A stretch of DNA of 64,000 nucleotides from the human T2T-CHM13v2.0 reference genome, Homo sapiens. The stretch's first letter is position 1. Each line of letters opens with the position of its first letter. A program made the translations under genes and the position numbers. Positions 61,620 through 64,000 of the stretch are shown here, one piece after another. The stretch is taken from assembly GCF_009914755.1 (NCBI RefSeq), contig NC_060928.1, one strand, 5' to 3'. The notes under the pieces are model-generated. The model saw nothing but the letters and a program-made list of their open reading frames with translations, was not told the DNA's origin and made no database searches.

Positions 61620-62220
61620 CTAAGGAAACTATTTGCCACAGATTTTGATAGGCAGAATTAAGATTTTTAATTTACATTAAAAGGCTAGACACATTATTAA
61701 GAAAAGTATTGTGAATCAAATTAACTAATAAGAAAAGGGAATGATTGTATAATTTACAAAAAACAAAATCAAAATACAACTCATGAAGAAACAGGGAAAG
61801 TGGAAAAATGTTCACTTACCAAAATGCAAATAAAATAAGATTTCTTTTTTGTATGTAAAATTTTAAAAGCTTTATAATTATATCTAATTTAGTTATAGAT
61901 CAAATGACATATTTTGCTGTTATAAAGTAAGTAGCAATAATTTTAGGTCAAGCAGTTTGGCGGTAAGAATTAAGATTAAAAAAAATAGTCACAGCCTTCA
62001 ACCCAGTAATCCTATTTCTGGAAATCCACCTTAAAATATAAACCAAGATTGTGTAAATATTTTAAGATTAAAATGATAATTGTAACATTATTTATAATAC
62101 TGAAAGTCTAAAACTAATCCACAGGATCAACAATAAATGAGTATTTAAATAAAGTATGTTGTAGTTATACTGTAAATAAATAAAAATGAAGGAAATGTTG
62201 CCAAAGAAAATATTTCTGGA
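61620..62220 (+). mobile_element. Very old L1ME-type fragment
   Basis: 'CCTTCAACCCAGTAATCCTATTTCTGGAAATCCACC' and neighbouring sequence resemble the L1 ORF2 end. Confidence 0.55.
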
Positions 62221-62599
62221 GACTTCATACTACTAAATTATCAGCAAGTGTAGGTGACCAAAATATGGATAATTATTTTATCCATAATATTTTACAAAGT
62301 TTTCCAGTTTTCCATGACTATTCCTCTGTGGTACACACAGAAAATTTCCCATCCAAAACCGTTTGCCATTTCTTCTCTACTAGCAAAATTTTGAACTTCT
62401 TTTTAGACAAGCATTATTCTCAGCATTCATTCAGCAGCCTTTGAAAGTGAAGGTGACATGAGACACAGCTGTGCTTAATAAAAATATAAATAGAAAAAAT
62501 TGAGTGAAGCTTCCAAAAAATTTGTTTAAAATGCTTTAGTTTTTATTGGTACCAACCTTTTGTTCTCTGCCTCTCCTTCTTCATATTTGGAATAAAAAT

Positions 62600-62850
62600 A
62601 CAATGCTGGAGGTAAAACAACCAACTTGTGACAACGAGAACACAATATAAACTAAAGCTTCATGCTAAGCAAGACTTCGCAGAAAGACAGAGGGCACCAG
62701 GATTCTTGATATCACTTTGGAGATTGTTCCAGCCCTGGCCACCTACCTCCAGCCTTCTTAAGAAACAAAACTAAATTCCTAACTTGTTTAAGCCATTGAG
62801 TAATTATGCATTCTGATACTTGAGGCTAAAAGCAATCTTTGACATATACA
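62600..62850 (+). mobile_element. Old MaLR LTR (MLT1J/I-like)
   Basis: 'CCAGCCCTGGCCACCTACCTCCAGCCTTCTT..CTTGTTTAAGCCATTG..TACA'. Confidence 0.7.
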
Positions 62851-63654
62851 TACGTATATATATATGTATATATACACACACATATGTGTTTCTATTACAT
62901 ATATAAATGCATATATTATAATTATATGTGCTTGAATTGGTGGGGTTGTAATTTTCTACATAATTTCAAATTGCATATACTGGCATTATAAATTGAACAT
63001 GTATATTTGCAATTATGTATGTATATATACACAGACATCATATATGTGAATGAATAGGAGTACACTAGACAGTTAATTTCCTATTCATTCTTCCATATTT
63101 AGCTCAAAGGAACTTTCTCTGTGAAGCATCTTCATTTTGCTTTCTTATAATTTGAATGAACCTCTAATACAACATACATAATCTTATATTGTAATCATTT
63201 GTTTGTATATCTGCCTTCCCACTCCTACTCATTTCATTGTCAGTTCTTGTTGGGCTGGGATATCGACTCCATCATCATTTACACATTTAATAGATGACAA
63301 TAGATTAGCTCATAAGCAAACATTGTAATGATTCACTTAGATATTATTTTCATTTTGATGGTATCTGTTTAATTCTATAATATTCTCAATTCCTTTTCAA
63401 TGCCCTATGTGCTATGATGTATGCAACAGGCATTCAATGATGTCATTAATTAACTGATAACAGTTGCAATACATGTATATTAGGGGTTTCTGATATCCTG
63501 CAAATTACATCTAATACAGGAAACATTTGGCTGGATATTCGTTGATCTACAGTCTAGATTCAAAATACGAGTGGATATTTTCAAATATTTTCATATAATG
63601 CTTTTTCAGGGACTGAACTAACAGCAAATGACCTAGCACACAGATTCCACAACC

Positions 63655-63845
63655 AAACTGTGTGGGGACAGACCAAGTTACTACCTTGATATATTCAAAT
63701 GCGTCACTTAATCATTTATATTTTGTGTTCCTCAATGGTAAAAAGAGGATAATAATATTTTTATTGGGTTTTGTGAGAATTCAAAGAATTAATGTACACA
63801 AAGCTCTTAGAACAATGTTGAATGTATGGAAAGCACTCAATAATA
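63655..63845 (+). mobile_element. MIR SINE
   Basis: 'TTCCTCAATGGTAAAAAGAGGATAATAAT..GGGTTTTGTGAGAATT..AAAGCTCTTAGAACAATG..GCACTCAATAA'. Confidence 0.8.
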
Positions 63846-64000
63846 CTTTCTATAAACAATGGTTTGCAGTAGGGATGCATAATTAGATCCTAATCTGCCA
63901 CTTTAAAAATACCTCTCAAGAGTCTGTCTTTCCAAAATGTCTATTATTTTCTTTTCTTCTTCATTGCTTCATTAAATCTGCAGTTAATTAATGTATTTAT

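Overview
AT-rich primate, most likely human, genomic DNA. The Alu, L1PA/L1M, MaLR, MIR, L2 and MER20 repeats rule out a microbial origin. The window is almost entirely intronic. One well-supported 78-nt symmetric coding exon (8844-8921, + strand, GKVRHLQKAFASRVDKSTQTELLCYD) is recognised from memory as an internal exon of CCSER1/FAM190A (4q22, FRA4F common fragile site region). It encodes a DKSTQT LC8/DYNLL-binding motif. The other long ORFs in the track are decayed L1 ORF1/ORF2 pieces, Alu or microsatellite artefacts, or chance. The most interesting unexplained signal is a set of phase-0 acceptor + short in-frame tail + stop cassettes on either side of this exon (4011, 12685, 24146), plus an open read-through frame to 9020. 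These could be alternative last exons producing truncated CCSER1 isoforms with or without the LC8 motif. This is inference and they may already be annotated. Other notes are a non-B-DNA/inverted-Alu cluster at 18.0-19.0 kb, a tail-only Alu-like insertion, an AT island, a candidate enhancer and a nested near-full-length old L1. I cannot support a wholly novel system beyond these. Repeat subfamily calls and most repeat boundaries are by eye and approximate.
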